Below are positions 49,154 to 59,010 of a DNA stretch of 64,000 nucleotides, piece by piece. The stretch is from Ignavibacteriales bacterium. Its GTDB lineage: Bacteria; Bacteroidota; Ignavibacteria; UBA10030; UBA6906. The notes under the pieces are model-generated. The model worked only from the letters and a program-made list of their open reading frames with translations, did not search any database and was not told the DNA's origin. The DNA lies in contig JBBIRR010000007.1 in NCBI GenBank assembly GCA_037441705.1, positions 24,187 through 88,186 of the forward strand. The letters are read 5' to 3'. The number at the start of each line of letters is the position of its first letter. Position 1 is the stretch's first letter. The position numbers were made by a program, and so were the translations under genes.

Positions 49154-50727
49154 GCGGCCTCAATCGCTTGCAGAGCGGCAGGAATTGCGTCCATGATATC
49201 CAATGCCATCAGACTGCGTTGGCCGAACTTCTTCGCGGCAATGTCGCCCGCGAGTCCGTGAACGAAGACGCCTGCCCAAGCAGCCTCTTCTGGCATCATG
49301 CCCTGAGCAAGAAACGAAGAGATAACGCCCGTCAGCACGTCGCCGGAGCCGGCAGTTGCCATGCCCGGATTGCCCGTGGAGTTCATGTACGCCCGGCCCT
49401 CCGGCGTGCCGGTGATCGTTGGCGAACCTTTGAGAACGAGCACGCTGTGGAGGTTCTTTGCCTGCGTTCGAGCCACTTCCACCCTCTCACGCTCGATCAA
49501 ATCTCTGTCGAGGCGTGTCAACAGATGCAGCTCGCCGACGTGCGGCGTGATAATGGTGGGAAAGTGTCGTTTCTTCAGGAGTGAAATATTGTAGGCCATC
49601 ATGCCCAACCCATCGGCATCCAGAACCAGAGGCTGAACGATGGACGGCACGAGCGCGTGTACCAACTGGCGTGTCTCGAGATTCTGCGATAACCCTGGTC
49701 CCAGTGCAACAACATCCGCCCACCGCAGCCGCTCCTGGATTTTCTCCATCGCTTGAAGCGAAATGGTTCCTTCGTCCGTCTCTTCCAGCGGCGTGATCAT
49801 GACCTCGGTAACTTTTCGGATCAGCGAGGGATGGATCGTCTTGGGAACGGCAAGGATGACTGCCCCCGCCCCCGCTTTCATCGCCGAAACCGCTGTCATG
49901 AACGGCGCGCCGGTGAGGTTGCGCGACCCGGCAAGCACCAACACTTTCCCGACGCTGTACTTGTGCGCTGTATGCGGTCGCTGCGGTAGAACTTGTCGAA
50001 CGTCTTCAGTGTGAACGCGATAGGTCGGATTCTTTTTTACGGAAAACACAAAACGCGGAATGCTGATCTCCGCAACCTCGACAGTCCCGCTGTGAACTTT
50101 TCCCTCCCCAACGTAGTGGCCGATCTTGGCGAGACCCATCGTCACCGTCAGGCTCGCCCTCACTGCCACATTCTCGACGACACCCGTCGAAGCATTTGCG
50201 CCGGAAGGAATATCCACCGCGGCAACAAATGCCTGCCGGGTGTTGATCCATTCGATCGCTTCGGTGTACGGACTGCGTACGCTGCCGGAGAATCCCGTTC
50301 CGAAAATGGCATCAACAACAACGGCAGGTGATGGAGGAAGAGCACGCATCACCTTCTCGAGCATCTTCACACTCCCCACTTCATGCAACGCGATGCCTGA
50401 GTGTTTCGATGCGATCATTTTGAGAAGAATGAGGAGATTGGCTTTTGCATCTCCCTTCACGTCACTTCTTTTTCCCAGCAACACGACGTGAACACTTGCC
50501 CCCCGATTCGAAAGATGGCGGGCGATGACGAAACCATCCCCGCCGTTGTTTCCCTTCCCACAAACAACCACCACCTGCTTTCCCGACAGCGAGCCTGTAT
50601 GCTTTTCGAGGATGTCAACAAAGGCGCGCCCTGCATTCTCCATCAAAATGATACCGGGGATGGAATACGTGCCGATGGCTACGCGATCAAATTGCTGCAT
50701 CTGCTCGGCCGTGGTCAGCAGCTGCAT
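49150..50727 (-). CDS. nnr: Bifunctional NAD(P)H-hydrate epimerase/dehydratase
   Basis: LMENAG, GKGNNGGDG, DAIFGTG, VDIPSG, TPHVGE, ATAGSGDVL. Confidence 0.94.
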
Positions 50728-50892
50728 CGCGATTCCTGATTCAATGTTGTAGGCGGATTTCGTTTCAGACCGCCGGCGTGCGTGAATGAACGTGCAGGAC
50801 GGGAATGCCGAACAAGTTCTTTGCTCATAGCCTCAACCTGATGCCTCCACCGATGAGGAACCGTGTGTTAACGGTGCATGCAGAATGATTTG

Positions 50893-52329
50893 TTAGAAGA
50901 AGTGGGAGATCAGCTTCAGAATCACGGAAGGAAATACGCCGAACGAAAGCAGTGCCACGGCGGAAAGCACCAAGGCAGCAACTCCCAGCCCCGACCGCGA
51001 CGCTTCGAGTTGTGTCGCCGATTGCTCCTTGAAGTACATCAGCACCACCAACCTGAGATAGTAGTAGGCGGAGACGACACTCATCAGCACACCGAGGATG
51101 GCAAGCCATGTGTAGCCGGCCTGCACCGCGCCTGCAAACACGTAGTACTTACCGAAGAACCCGGCAAACGGCGGAATGCCGGTGAGCGAGAACATGAACA
51201 CGGCCATCAGCAGCGCAAGCATGGAGTGACGAGAAGAAAGTCCGGCACAATCATCGAAGCTGAGGTTCTGTCCCTCGGCGGATTCCAGGACGGCAAGCAC
51301 ACCGAAAGCGCCGACGTTCATCATCGTATAAGCAACAAGGTAGAACAGCACGCCCTGCAGGCCATAACTGTTGGCAGCAATCACGCCCGTGAGGATGTAC
51401 CCCGCGTGCGCGATGCTCGAGTACGCCAGCATACGCTTGATGCTGGACTGCGAGATGGCAATGATGTTGCCGACGATCATCGAAAGCGCGGCGACGCCTG
51501 CCATCACTTCGCGCAGAGGCGCAACGGCGAGCATGATCGCCGGCGCGAACACCAGCACCGCGCCTGCAAACGCCGCGGCCTTTCCGCCCGTCGACATGAA
51601 TCCGCTGACGGTGGTCGGCGAGCCTTCGTACACATCCGGCACCCACATGTGGAACGGAACCGCCGCAACCTTGAACGCAAAGCCGACGAGCAGGAGTCCG
51701 CTGCCGATCAAGAACATCGGAGGATGGGCAAGCGTGCCCGCCTGGCGAAGAAGAGCAGGAATACTCGTCGTGCCGGTCGAACCATAGAGGAGCGCAATGC
51801 CGTACAGGAAAAACCCCGTGGCAAACGCACCGAGCAGGAAGTATTTCATCGCCGCCTCGTTGCTGATGAGCCGGCGACGCGCAAAGCCCGCAAGAATGTA
51901 GAACGAGACCGACATCGTTTCGAGACCGAGGAACAGAATCACCAAGTCGGCGGCCGACGCCATCAACATCATGCCGATGACTGCGAAGAGCACGACCGAG
52001 TAGTACTCACTGTGCTCGATGCCTTCCTTCTTGATGTAGGACTTGGAGAGCATCACGGTCAGCAAGCCTGCGCAAGAGAACAGGGCCGAAAAAAACGCAG
52101 CGTACCCTCCTGCCGTAACCATCCCCGTGAAGACCGTCATCGGCGTCCTTCCGATGTCGGCAAGCGACAAGCCTAACGCTCCGGCAAGGCCGAGAAGCGA
52201 GAGCCACGCGTTGAGGTTTTCGGTTCGATCATTGAATGCTTCCACGGTGAGGACGACAAGAGCAGCAAGTGCAAGAAATGAAATCGGCGCGATGGCGAGC
52301 GTATCGCGCCAGAGAAGTGAGAGATCCAT
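50893..52329 (-). CDS. nuoN: NADH-quinone oxidoreductase subunit N
   Basis: EAAMKYFLLG, FKVAAVPFHMWVPDVYEGSPT, KRMLAYSSIAHAGY, SLTGIPP. Confidence 0.93.
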   Translation of the reverse strand: MDLSLLWRDTLAIAPISFLALAALVVLTVEAFNDRTENLNAWLSLLGLAGALGLSLADIGRTPMTVFTGMVTAGGYAAFFSALFSCAGLLTVMLSKSYIKKEGIEHSEYYSVVLFAVIGMMLMASAADLVILFLGLETMSVSFYILAGFARRRLISNEAAMKYFLLGAFATGFFLYGIALLYGSTGTTSIPALLRQAGTLAHPPMFLIGSGLLLVGFAFKVAAVPFHMWVPDVYEGSPTTVSGFMSTGGKAAAFAGAVLVFAPAIMLAVAPLREVMAGVAALSMIVGNIIAISQSSIKRMLAYSSIAHAGYILTGVIAANSYGLQGVLFYLVAYTMMNVGAFGVLAVLESAEGQNLSFDDCAGLSSRHSMLALLMAVFMFSLTGIPPFAGFFGKYYVFAGAVQAGYTWLAILGVLMSVVSAYYYLRLVVLMYFKEQSATQLEASRSGLGVAALVLSAVALLSFGVFPSVILKLISHFF

Positions 52330-52574
52330 GTTCAGTTCGTAATCGTAAGCAATGGGCAGAATCAAAACGGCTGGCAATTGCAAGTCACAGCCCGATGGAT
52401 TTCCATGACGGATCAAAATTAGGGAAAGTTGGTCAAAGATACAAAAAACTTCTCCTTTCCCTTCTCGTCCGCCCTTGTGAGCTTCACCGTTCGTGGTTGC
52501 GTGTTGGCGACGTGAGCTTCACGTGTGAAGGCGTCCTTCCTGGATGTCGAATGAAGAACGCCTTCCGTCCGATC

Positions 52575-53861
52575 CTATCCCCTCTTACTCATCACAACAT
52601 AATCCCGTGCATCGTGACCGAGGTAGATCTGTCGGGGGCGAGCGATCTTCTGCTCCGGGTCCTTCAGCATCTCTTCCCACTGCGCAAGCCAACCGACGGT
52701 ACGCGGAATGGAGAAGAGAACGGGAAACATCTCCACCGGAAAACCCATCGCCTGATAGATGAGTCCCGAATAAAAGTCAACGTTAGGATAGAGCTTGCGT
52801 TTGATGAAGTACTCATCCTCGAGCGCAATGCGCTCAAGCTCCAGAGCGATGTCGAGTTTGGGATTGCGCCCGGTAACTTCAAACACTTCGTCGGCGAGTC
52901 GCTTGATAACTTTTGCGCGGGGGTCGTAGTTCTTGTACACGCGATGGCCAAAGCCCATCAGTCTGCCGCTGCCGTTCTTCACGCCTTTGATGAATTCCGG
53001 CACCTTGTCCTTGGAGCCGATTTCATCAAGCATGTGCAGCACGGCTTCGTTGGCGCCGCCGTGCAAGGGACCGTACAGTGCTGCGGCTGCGCCCGCCATC
53101 GCCGAGTACGGATCAACATGCGAGCTGCCGATGCCGCGCATCGCATTCGCGCTGCAGTTCTGCTCGTGATCGGCGTGCAGAATGAACAGCACATCCAGCG
53201 CCTTCACCAACGTCGGGTGTGCTTCGTACTTCGGCTCGGTCATCTTCCACAGCATGCTCATGAAATTGGCAATGTAGCTGAGGGCATTATCGGGATACAC
53301 GTAGGGCCGGCCCTGACTGTGTCGGTACGCAAACGCCGCGATCGTCGGCATCTTGGCAATGAGGCGATAAATCTGCTTCTGGCGTGCCTGCGGATTGTGA
53401 ATGTCCGCACCGTCGCGGTAAAACGTGGACAGCGCCCCGATCGTGCTGATCAACATCCCCATCGGATGCGCGTCGTAGTGAAACCCATCCATCAGCTTCT
53501 TGATGTTCTCGTGAATCATCGTGTGGTGGGTGATGTTGAACACCCAATCCTCGTACTGGGCTTTCGTCGGCAGCTCGCCGTACAGAAGCAGATAGGCCGT
53601 CTCCAGGAAGGTACTTTTCTCGGCAAGTTGTTCGATGGGATACCCGCGGTAGCGCAGAATTCCCTTGTCGCCGTCAATGTACGTGATCATGCTCTTGCAC
53701 GAGGCCGTGTTCATGAACGCGGGATCGTACGTCATCAACCCAAAATCATCGTCCTTGACTTTGATTTGACGAAGATCCATCGCGCGAATCGTATCGTGCA
53801 TGATCGGAATTTCGTACTTCTTTCCCGTGCGGTTGTCAATAATCGTCAGCGTATCGGGCAT
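52575..53861 (-). CDS. gltA: Citrate synthase
   Basis: LRYRGYPI, LHADHEQNCS, GPLHGGANE, GFGHRVYK, YPNVDFYSG. Confidence 0.95.
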   Translation of the reverse strand: MPDTLTIIDNRTGKKYEIPIMHDTIRAMDLRQIKVKDDDFGLMTYDPAFMNTASCKSMITYIDGDKGILRYRGYPIEQLAEKSTFLETAYLLLYGELPTKAQYEDWVFNITHHTMIHENIKKLMDGFHYDAHPMGMLISTIGALSTFYRDGADIHNPQARQKQIYRLIAKMPTIAAFAYRHSQGRPYVYPDNALSYIANFMSMLWKMTEPKYEAHPTLVKALDVLFILHADHEQNCSANAMRGIGSSHVDPYSAMAGAAAALYGPLHGGANEAVLHMLDEIGSKDKVPEFIKGVKNGSGRLMGFGHRVYKNYDPRAKVIKRLADEVFEVTGRNPKLDIALELERIALEDEYFIKRKLYPNVDFYSGLIYQAMGFPVEMFPVLFSIPRTVGWLAQWEEMLKDPEQKIARPRQIYLGHDARDYVVMSKRG

Positions 53862-53891
53862 GAAGAAATCTCCTTTGGCAATCAATGAGGG

Positions 53892-56102
53892 TTACAGGTT
53901 TTCCTGGATGTAGCGAGCCATAAGATTGTACCAATGCGTTCCCACGGCGCGTCCGGCCAGGCTGTGTGTGCTTTTCGGATAGACCATAAAGTCGAATTGC
54001 TTGTTTGCTTTTTGCAATGCGTCGCTCAAGAGCATCGAGTCTTGAAAATGGACATTGTCATCCACCACGCCGTGGATGAGCAGAAGCTTACCGGTCAGGC
54101 CCGCTGCGTACGTTACGGGAGAGCTGAGCGTATAGCCCTGCTCGTTCTCCTTCGGGTGTTCAAGATAGCGCTCCGTATAATGCGTATCGTAGTTCTTCCA
54201 ATTCGTAACGGGCGCCACAGCAATGCCGAGCTTGAACGCGTTCGTACGGAGCATTGCCATGCACGTCATGAACCCGCCGTAGCTTTTCCCCCAGATGGCG
54301 ATGCGTGTGGAGTCAACATAGGGCAACGCTTTCAGGTAGGCAACGCCCGCAAGCTGGTCCTGCAGCTCAACTTCGCCCAAGCGCTTGTGCACAAAATTGA
54401 GAAACTCCCTTCCCCTGTTCGGCGTCCCCCGGCCGTCAACGGCAAAGACGATGTAGCCCCGTGCCGCGAGCGAGCGATGCCATAACATCCGCTCGCCGCC
54501 CCAACGATTGACGACCACTTGCGACGTCGGTCCGTTGTATTGATACATCACCACCGGATACTTCTTCGTTGCATCCATTGTTTCCGGCGTGATGATGAAC
54601 GCGTTGAGCGCATACCTGCCGTCGGCCGATGGCACGGTGAGAAACTTCGGCCGCGGCAGCAGGAATGAATCGAGCATGCCCACGCGGTTTTCCTCGATCA
54701 GGGCAGCCGTGGATTTCGCAACCGTCATGTGCGCCACAAGCGGCGGACGCGTGATGCTCGAATACTGGTCAACATAGTCCTGGAAATTGGGAGACATGCG
54801 GATGTCATGATACCCGTCAGACGTCGACAGCCGTGTGAAGCCTGAGCCGTCGAGACGAATGCTGTAGAGATGAAGTTCGAGCGGCGATTTCTCGGTCGCC
54901 GTGAAGTACACGATCTCTCGCTTCTCATCTACCCCCACGACCTTCTTGATGTCCCACGCCCCTTGCGTAACACGGCGCAGGAGATCGGAGCCGCCGTCGG
55001 TTTTCCTTGTGTAGAGGTAGAGATGATTGTGCCCATCGCGTTCCGAAAGCCAGAGGAACCGCCGGCCGTCCTTGAAGAAATAGAGTCCATCATGCAAGCT
55101 CACCCACCGCGGATCGGTTTCCCGAAGCAGCAGTTGCGAAGAGCCGTCATTCACGTCGCAGAGAAGAACATCGAGCGTATCCTGATTGCGGGATTGCACC
55201 TGCACGGCTACGAACTTCCCGTCGGGCAGCCATTGCACACGCGGAACGTACACATCCGGGTTGTTGCCGATACGCAGCCACATAGTTGATCCGCCTTCTA
55301 CGGGTACGATGCCCACACGCACGCTCGTGTTGGCCTCCCCTGCTTTCGGGTACTCCTGCTTCTCAACGGTCGTGTAGTCGGAAAGAAAGTCGGGAATAAG
55401 AAACTCTTTCACATGCGTGTTATCCGTCTGAAGGTAGGCAAGATGTCTGCTATCGGGCGACCACCAGTACCCGGTGTGCCTGCCCATCTCCTCCTGCGCA
55501 ACAAACTCGCTCAGGCCGTTTTTGATTTTGTCCGTTCCGCCTGTCGTGAGCTTCCTTTCCGTCCCAGTCGTGCGATGGCGAACGTATACTTCTCCTGCCC
55601 GCACAAACGCGACGTACAGGCCATCCGGGGAGATTTTGGGATCGAATTCTGCCTCGGGTGTGCTGATGACGTGTTTGATCGTCTTCGCGGCAACACTCAC
55701 CTCAAACAAATCGCCGTTGTAAGGGACGAAGATGCTCTCGCCGTTCGGCGCCCAGAAGTAGGAACTGATGCCGCGGCGAACATTGCGTGTGCGTTCTCGC
55801 AGCATCTGCTCTTCGGGCGAGAGAACTTCTTCTTTGGCCTGCAGATCGCCCGATCGGAGAAGAAGTGTAGAACGTTTCGTCGAACGATCATACACCCAAA
55901 GGTCGTAGCCTTCACCGCCCGATCGAAGATACGCCGCCAGCGCACCGGTAGGCGACCACGTGATTTCAGCGACGGAAACGCCGGAAAGGGACGGATCTTG
56001 AAACAGGCGCTCGACGGTCAGGTGTGATTTCTCGTGTTCCTGCGCCGGACTGCCGCCGGCAAGAAAAGTGAGATAAGCAGTTAGGGCAATCCAGTGTCTC
56101 AT
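53892..56102 (-). CDS. S9B dipeptidyl-peptidase IV-like serine peptidase
   Basis: AQEEM, YPKAG, GKSYGG nucleophile, DDNVHFQ, C-terminal His; signal peptide. Confidence 0.9.
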   Translation of the reverse strand: MRHWIALTAYLTFLAGGSPAQEHEKSHLTVERLFQDPSLSGVSVAEITWSPTGALAAYLRSGGEGYDLWVYDRSTKRSTLLLRSGDLQAKEEVLSPEEQMLRERTRNVRRGISSYFWAPNGESIFVPYNGDLFEVSVAAKTIKHVISTPEAEFDPKISPDGLYVAFVRAGEVYVRHRTTGTERKLTTGGTDKIKNGLSEFVAQEEMGRHTGYWWSPDSRHLAYLQTDNTHVKEFLIPDFLSDYTTVEKQEYPKAGEANTSVRVGIVPVEGGSTMWLRIGNNPDVYVPRVQWLPDGKFVAVQVQSRNQDTLDVLLCDVNDGSSQLLLRETDPRWVSLHDGLYFFKDGRRFLWLSERDGHNHLYLYTRKTDGGSDLLRRVTQGAWDIKKVVGVDEKREIVYFTATEKSPLELHLYSIRLDGSGFTRLSTSDGYHDIRMSPNFQDYVDQYSSITRPPLVAHMTVAKSTAALIEENRVGMLDSFLLPRPKFLTVPSADGRYALNAFIITPETMDATKKYPVVMYQYNGPTSQVVVNRWGGERMLWHRSLAARGYIVFAVDGRGTPNRGREFLNFVHKRLGEVELQDQLAGVAYLKALPYVDSTRIAIWGKSYGGFMTCMAMLRTNAFKLGIAVAPVTNWKNYDTHYTERYLEHPKENEQGYTLSSPVTYAAGLTGKLLLIHGVVDDNVHFQDSMLLSDALQKANKQFDFMVYPKSTHSLAGRAVGTHWYNLMARYIQENL

Positions 56103-56301
56103 CGGTTTGGATAATTTTTTGATTAAGATAGTCAAGAAGGGCCTCACTCTCAACCATTTTTGATGGTAGAGAGCGTGAACAATTTGGAAAGAAAAACGCG
56201 CATCCACTGTCCGGACAGGACGGATTGCGCGACTCAAACGAAAGGCGAGGCGAAGGCAAACCAATCGGTGACGCCGGAACTGTCGTACCTCGTCAGAGAG
56301 C

Positions 56302-57369
56302 CTAACAGATCCGCGGTAGTTGCTCTCCCGAAAGCATATCTACGACGCGCAGGCCGCCAATGCTGCTTCGCAGCAGGACGGTGCCGGCATGTGTACCGAC
56401 AACTTCTCCGATCAGCGCTGCATCCCGACCGAGCGGATGGCTTTGCATGGTCTGCAGCACACGATCGACAACGTGAGGCGAGACGAAAGCCAGAAGTTTC
56501 CCTTCGTTGGCAACGTACAGCGGGTCGAGACCGAGGATTTCGCAGGCGCCGCGCACTTCCTCGCTCATCGGAATCCTCTCTTCTTCGATCTCGATGCCGA
56601 CCGCCGCGCTTGCGGCAATTTCATTGAGCGCGCTTGCCACGCCGCCGCGTGTCGGATCGCGGAGAACGTGTACGCCTTCTCCGCCGACAGCAAGCACGTT
56701 CATCACCAAATCATTCAGAGGCGCTGTGTCGCTCTTGATTTCGGTTTCAAACTCCAGTCCCTCGCGCACGGACATGATCGCAATGCCATGCACGGCAATC
56801 GGTCCGCTCAGCACCACTCTGTCACCGGGCTGAACGCGGGACGGGGCAACTGCGACGCCCTCCTCCACCACCCCGACTCCCGAGGTGTTGATGAAGATTT
56901 TGTCTCCCTTGCCGCGGTCAACCACTTTCGTATCGCCGGTAATGAGTTGCACGCCGGCACGCTGCGCCGATTGCTGCATGGAAACGACGACGCGCCAGAG
57001 ATCTTCCATCGAGAACCCCTCTTCGATGATGAACCCCGCTGAAAGATACAGCGGGCGAGCGCCGCACATCGCCAGATCATTCACCGTTCCATTCACCGCC
57101 AGCGCGCCGATGTCGCCGCCGGGAAAGAAAATCGGATTGATCACGTAGGAATCGGTCGAGAACGCCAGCCGTGTTCCGTTCACCGAGAAGACCGCCCCGT
57201 CATGCAGCGGCGCGAGCAGCGGGTTGGCAAATTGCGGCACGAACATTTTCTCGATCAATTGATGCGTCAGCTTTCCGCCGCTGCCGTGAGCAAGCAGAAC
57301 GTTTTTGTATTCTGCAATGGGAACGGGACAACTCAGACCGAGGTACTCGACAGACGAAGGATTGTTCAT
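56302..57369 (-). CDS. hypE: Hydrogenase maturation protein HypE
   Basis: LAHGSGG, GDTKVV, RDPTRGG, C-terminal LPRIC. Confidence 0.96.
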   Translation of the reverse strand: MNNPSSVEYLGLSCPVPIAEYKNVLLAHGSGGKLTHQLIEKMFVPQFANPLLAPLHDGAVFSVNGTRLAFSTDSYVINPIFFPGGDIGALAVNGTVNDLAMCGARPLYLSAGFIIEEGFSMEDLWRVVVSMQQSAQRAGVQLITGDTKVVDRGKGDKIFINTSGVGVVEEGVAVAPSRVQPGDRVVLSGPIAVHGIAIMSVREGLEFETEIKSDTAPLNDLVMNVLAVGGEGVHVLRDPTRGGVASALNEIAASAAVGIEIEEERIPMSEEVRGACEILGLDPLYVANEGKLLAFVSPHVVDRVLQTMQSHPLGRDAALIGEVVGTHAGTVLLRSSIGGLRVVDMLSGEQLPRIC

Positions 57370-57403
57370 AGACCCTCCTAAGGCATCGTTCAACTCTTTT
57401 CTT

Positions 57404-58516
57404 CTATTGCATTGCGACATCGTGCACGAGCCGATGCATGCCGAAATGATAGTAGGCAGCACACGCCCCTTCGGAGGAGACCATCGGCGCACCGAGCGGC
57501 CGCTCCGGTGTGCACTGCGTACCAAACGCCGCGCACTCGTGCGGCTTCTTCAATCCGCGCAACACCTGGCCGGCGATGCATTCGGGTGACTCCTGCACGC
57601 TGATGCCTTCCACTTCGAACAAACGCTCTGCGTCGAACGCGGAAAACTCCTCGTTCAGCGCGAGGCCGCTCATCGGAATCTCGCCGATACCCCTCCACTT
57701 CCGATCAACGGTTCGAAAGACTTCTCGAAGCAGCCGGCGCGCAGGAATGTTGCCCTCCTTGCGCACCGAACGAGTGTATTGATTCTCCACCTCGCATCGT
57801 CCTTCTTCCAACTGCTTGACGGTCATGTATACCCCCTGCAGAATGTCCACCGGCTCGAATCCCGTTACGACGATGGGCACGCGGTATTTCTCGGCAAGAG
57901 GGACGTACTCTTCGTAGCCCATCACGGTACAGACGTGTCCTGCGGCGAGAAATCCCTGCACGTGATTGTTGGGTGATGAGAGGATCGCTTCGATTGCCGG
58001 CGGTACAAGCACATGGGAACACAGAATGGAATAGTTCTTCAATCCGAGGTGCCGCGCCTGCCACACGGACATGGCGTTGGCGGGCGCCGTCGTCTCGAAG
58101 CCCACGGCAAAGAAGACGACGTGTTTTGTCGGATTCTGCTGCGCGATTTTCACGGCATCGAGCGGTGAGTAGACGATGCGTACGTCTCCCCCTTCCGCTT
58201 TCACCGTCAGCAAATCTTTGCTCGAACCGGGAACTCGCAACATATCGCCGAAAGATGTGAAGATGACATCAGGGCGCGACGCAATAGCTATCGCCTTGTC
58301 AATTAACTCTAACGGGGTAACACACACCGGGCAGCCCGGGCCATGCACCAGCTCGATCTCCTTCGGCAGCAAGGACGCAACGCCGAACTTCACAATCGTG
58401 TGCGTCTGCCCGCCGCAAATCTCCATCAACGTCCAGGGCCGCGTGGTGATTTTGGCGATCAATGCTGCGTACTGCCTTGCCGCGGCCGCGTCGCGGAACT
58501 CGTCAATGTATCTCAT
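57404..58516 (-). CDS. hypD: Hydrogenase maturation protein HypD
   Basis: [35 protein letters not shown]. Confidence 0.96.
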   Translation of the reverse strand: MRYIDEFRDAAAARQYAALIAKITTRPWTLMEICGGQTHTIVKFGVASLLPKEIELVHGPGCPVCVTPLELIDKAIAIASRPDVIFTSFGDMLRVPGSSKDLLTVKAEGGDVRIVYSPLDAVKIAQQNPTKHVVFFAVGFETTAPANAMSVWQARHLGLKNYSILCSHVLVPPAIEAILSSPNNHVQGFLAAGHVCTVMGYEEYVPLAEKYRVPIVVTGFEPVDILQGVYMTVKQLEEGRCEVENQYTRSVRKEGNIPARRLLREVFRTVDRKWRGIGEIPMSGLALNEEFSAFDAERLFEVEGISVQESPECIAGQVLRGLKKPHECAAFGTQCTPERPLGAPMVSSEGACAAYYHFGMHRLVHDVAMQ

Positions 58517-58785
58517 GGCGTATCCTCCGGACGGATTGTTTCATCTCCGAGTTCCTCCAACCCTTCTCCCATCTGCTTCAGGAGTTCGATCGTTTCAAGC
58601 GCTTCCTTCTCATCCATCTTGCTGATGGCAAATCCGACATGGACGATCACATACTCGCCTTCGCGGATTTCGGGAATCCACTCAAGGCATACGCGTTTGG
58701 TAATGCCGCCGAAGCTGACATCGCCCATGACGGGCTGCGAGTCCTTGTTGACTTTCAAAACTTTACCGGGGATCGCGAGACACAT
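58513..58785 (-). CDS. hypC: Hydrogenase chaperone HypC
   Basis: [17 protein letters not shown]. Confidence 0.95.
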   Translation of the reverse strand: MCLAIPGKVLKVNKDSQPVMGDVSFGGITKRVCLEWIPEIREGEYVIVHVGFAISKMDEKEALETIELLKQMGEGLEELGDETIRPEDTP

Positions 58786-58981
58786 ATCGTTCCTCCTGTG
58801 TGTGTGATTCGGATGAAAAACCAATCGCAACGCCGGAATCGACCAGAACCGTATCACCGACGCGGGCTTCCATCAAGAGCGTCAGCACAACCTTCATAAA
58901 GGCGCCGCCGACCTTCACTTTCCCTTTGGGAACGCCGTCCTCGATGAAGATTTCGACCAGTTGTCCTGAAAGAAGGTTCAT
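58763..58981 (-). CDS. HypC/HupF-like paralog lacking the Cys2 and His ligands
   Basis: GAGGA RBS; MNLLSGQLVEI...KVKVGG...VGDTVLVDSGVAI aligns by eye with HypC. Confidence 0.65.
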   Translation of the reverse strand: MNLLSGQLVEIFIEDGVPKGKVKVGGAFMKVVLTLLMEARVGDTVLVDSGVAIGFSSESHTQEERYVSRDPR

Positions 58982-59010
58982 GGTTTCCTCGCTGAATGAT
59001 ACGCCTAAGA

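Noticed and set aside
50718-50828. Small ORF MSKELVRH... between nuoN and nnr
   Set aside because: Weak RBS spacing, out of frame with nnr, no recognisable features
54277-54294. GKSYGG instead of GWSYGG in the S9 peptidase
   Set aside because: Catalytic Ser, Asp and His appear retained; this is ordinary GxSxG variation
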